Assembly (NCBI RefSeq): GCF_001447785.1
Contig: NW_015163195.1
Location: forward strand, 73,267 to 137,266
DNA length: 64,000 bases
Direction: 5' to 3'
Source of the DNA: Gekko japonicus
Taxonomy: Eukaryota
Part shown: in pieces, positions 61,598-64,000 of the stretch
Numbering within the stretch: the stretch's first letter is position 1
How the letters are laid out: each line of letters starts with the position of its first letter
Made by a program: the position numbers and the translations under genes
Notes under the pieces: generated by a model
Told to the model about the DNA's origin: nothing
The model's input: only the letters and a program-made list of their open reading frames with translations
The model's database searches: none

Positions 61598-62554
61598 ATG
61601 GGAGTGAAGAATCAGACGCGACAGGTGGAATTTGTCTTCCTCGGTTTCTCCGGCATTCCAAACAGCCACATCTACCTCTTCCTGCCATTCCTAGCCATTT
61701 ACTTGGTCACTGTACTGGGGAACCTCATGATATTTACTCTGATTCAGCTGGATTCCAGCCTCCAGAGCCCCATGTATTACTTCCTCAGCCATCTCGCCTG
61801 CCTAGACATCTGCATCTCCTCCGTCACAGTCCCCAAGATCCTGGTGAACTTCTTGTACCAGCAACAGACCATCACCTACAACCAGTGCCTGGCCCAGATG
61901 TTTTTCCTGATGTCTTTCACGGGGACAGAGGCTGCGTTGCTGGGTGTCATGGCCTATGACCGCTATGCCGCCATCTGCAAGCCTTTGCATTACTCCCACC
62001 TTATGAACACCAAGGTGTGCGCCATCTTAGCCTTTGCCCCCTGGGTCTGGGGCTTCCTAGATGCTTCTCTCCATACAGCTCTCAGCTCCAAGTTATACTT
62101 CTGTGGATCCAACCAAATTCATCACATATACTGTGATCTGCCCCCACTGATGAAAATTTCTTGCAATGATGTGCATATCAATCAACTGGCAACTCACATA
62201 GCAAGCCTTTTTGTGGGCGTGGCCCCCTTTCTGTTCACTATCCTCTCCTACATCTTCATTCTGTCCTCCATCTTGAAGATCCGTTCCACCACTGGCAAGC
62301 GCAAAGCTTTTTCCACCTGTGCTTCTCACCTCACTGTTGTCATAGTTTATTTTGGGAATGGATTACTTAACTATAATCCTCCAGACGCTGGTTATTCCTT
62401 AGAGATCGACACTCTGGTCTCCACCATGTACTGCATAATCCCCCCTATGCTGAACCCCCTCATCTACAGCCTCCGGAACAAAGAGGTGAAAGGTGCTCTG
62501 AAGAAGGTTCTGGAATGTCAGGGAAAACTCTACATATTGTCACAGAAACAGTAA
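61598..62554 (+). CDS. Olfactory receptor, class II (OR-E), 318 aa
   Basis: Canonical motifs; intact ORF. Confidence 0.96.
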   Translation: MGVKNQTRQVEFVFLGFSGIPNSHIYLFLPFLAIYLVTVLGNLMIFTLIQLDSSLQSPMYYFLSHLACLDICISSVTVPKILVNFLYQQQTITYNQCLAQMFFLMSFTGTEAALLGVMAYDRYAAICKPLHYSHLMNTKVCAILAFAPWVWGFLDASLHTALSSKLYFCGSNQIHHIYCDLPPLMKISCNDVHINQLATHIASLFVGVAPFLFTILSYIFILSSILKIRSTTGKRKAFSTCASHLTVVIVYFGNGLLNYNPPDAGYSLEIDTLVSTMYCIIPPMLNPLIYSLRNKEVKGALKKVLECQGKLYILSQKQ

Positions 62555-63329
62555 GGGAGACCATTTACTGAATCTGTCAGTATTCGTACCCTTTGTGGTC
62601 AGTTACATCTTTTTGCCAACCCTGGCCAAGAGACTTGTGGCTCCTCCTCTTACCCCCCCCCCCATAATAGGTCAACTCTGGATGCCCCCGCTGCCTGGCA
62701 ATGCCCATAGTTCCTGGCAAGTACAACACCACACTGACTCTGGCACTGGTCTTCTGTGCCACATTATGTTCCATTGGCCTCAAAATTCTTATAATTTGAG
62801 TGGAAAGTAGATACGAAAATCCTGTAAATAAATGAATGGTAAATTATTTCATACTCTCCAATTTGTAATTTTATTATGGGAAATGAAGAAGATATTCATG
62901 GCGTAGCCATTAAAAAGCCAAAGAATTATAGCCAGAAGGTTTTCCATGAATATGTTTCCTGTCCGGGTATGTCTCTCACATTTTATGCTGTCCTTTCTCA
63001 AAAGAGCTCAGGAGGGTGTACAGAGTTCTCTCCCATTTTTCCTTCACAGCAGCTCTGGGGGATACATCTCAGCTGAGGGAAGATGATTGGCTTAAGATTA
63101 CCCAGTGTACTGATGTAGCCTCCCCAGGAGGTACAGGCTGGGGTCCAGCAGGACAGATCAAAGTCACACATACAAAATAATCAGTCTCTCATTTGCATAC
63201 AGTCAAGTTTCCTTTAGAGTTACAGAAATAGAAAATAGTTTAGTTACTTAGGAGGTAGGTTGGTAAATCGGTTCATACTTGCCTGTTTCCAGAAGTCTTG
63301 TCTGTTGCAATGAAACATAAAGGGACAGA

Positions 63330-63688
63330 GAATAGTTCCGCAGGTCCTGCAAGACGGAGTTCCACCAGGCTTAGGGGCCGCTGCTGCCACCACCACCAAT
63401 GGTGGCTATACATCGGGATCGGGAATTGCCCTTGGAAACCCAGCCATAAATTATGTGGCATTGACAACGAGGGATTGGCACGAACGATCTACTGGACAGC
63501 GGTACCCCAAAGATGCCATCATAACCATCTTGTCACTGAAAGCACTTTATTGTTGTTCGTATTGTTATTATTATGATTTTATTGTTTTATTGGATTTTAT
63601 GTATGGGCTCTTGCCCCTTGTAAGCCGCCCTGAGCCCGCTTGTGGGGAGGGTGGGGTGAAAATGCCTAAATAAAATAAATAAATAAAG
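63330..63688 (+). mobile_element. Short retroposon with an L2-type 3' end and (TAAA)n tail
   Basis: tgtaagccgccctgagcccgcttgtggggaggg...aaataaataaataaa; 5' boundary uncertain. Confidence 0.55.
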
Positions 63689-63736
63689 AGTGTCTAGAAG
63701 TTTTACCTAAATCACACTGTTCCAGAAGCAGCCGGT

Positions 63737-63755
63737 CGTGTGTGTGTGTGTGTGT

Positions 63756-63788
<33 letters not shown>
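63737..63788. repeat. (GT)n microsatellite, interrupted
   Basis: Two GT runs. Confidence 0.95.
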
Positions 63789-63790
<2 letters not shown>

Positions 63791-64000
63791 CTCTTTGGCT
63801 GCCGTCCAAAGGTAGAATGTGGCTAGCAAAGACAACGCGTGGTCTTCGTGTTTCATAGTTGAATATCCAGGTGGGTGCCACCTTGCCAAACTGCAATCCC
63901 ACCTACTTACAAGTCCACCCCATGACCTCCCTCATTGGTGCATGTAGAAGAGGGGCAGGTATTCTATGGGCGGGGCAATATTTGAAACTCTACACTCTAT

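Overview
Eukaryotic, repeat-rich vertebrate DNA. The repeat content (Squam3-like SINEs with CTT tails, CR1, BovB, L1, L2) points to a squamate, probably a gecko (inference). The window is a tandem array of class II (gamma-type) olfactory receptor (OR) genes, all on the + strand. It holds five open single-exon CDSs (ATGs at 7939, 24299, 32684, 52287, 61598; called OR-A to OR-E here), one 5'-truncated pseudogene (~26.6-27.1 kb) and one unit whose coding exon is almost entirely replaced by a CR1 fragment (~40.3-41.1 kb). The ORs sit in multi-kb duplicated units that share flanks and diagnostic TE insertions. There are two near-complete LTR retrotransposons: an ORF-intact Gmr1-type Gypsy element (SCAN-like Gag, PR-IN-RT-RH order, tRNA-Ile PBS; 15565 to the gap at 20703, - strand) and a frameshifted Mag-type Gypsy element (tRNA-Ser PBS, 5-bp TSD; 42021-46649, + strand). 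The most unusual observation is that all five OR coding exons begin at polypyrimidine-YAG|GTGAGT, a splice acceptor fused to a consensus donor (recursive splice-site architecture) 18 nt before the ATG. Other highlights are an ORF1-only (HAL1-like) L1 derivative, a probable empty-site allele assembled beside the Gmr1 insertion, an 87-bp-arm palindrome at the Mag insertion site and a repeat-derived C-terminus on OR-A. Assembly gaps lie at 20703-21379, 35799-36279 and 42146-42156. TE family names come from motif recognition, not database searches.
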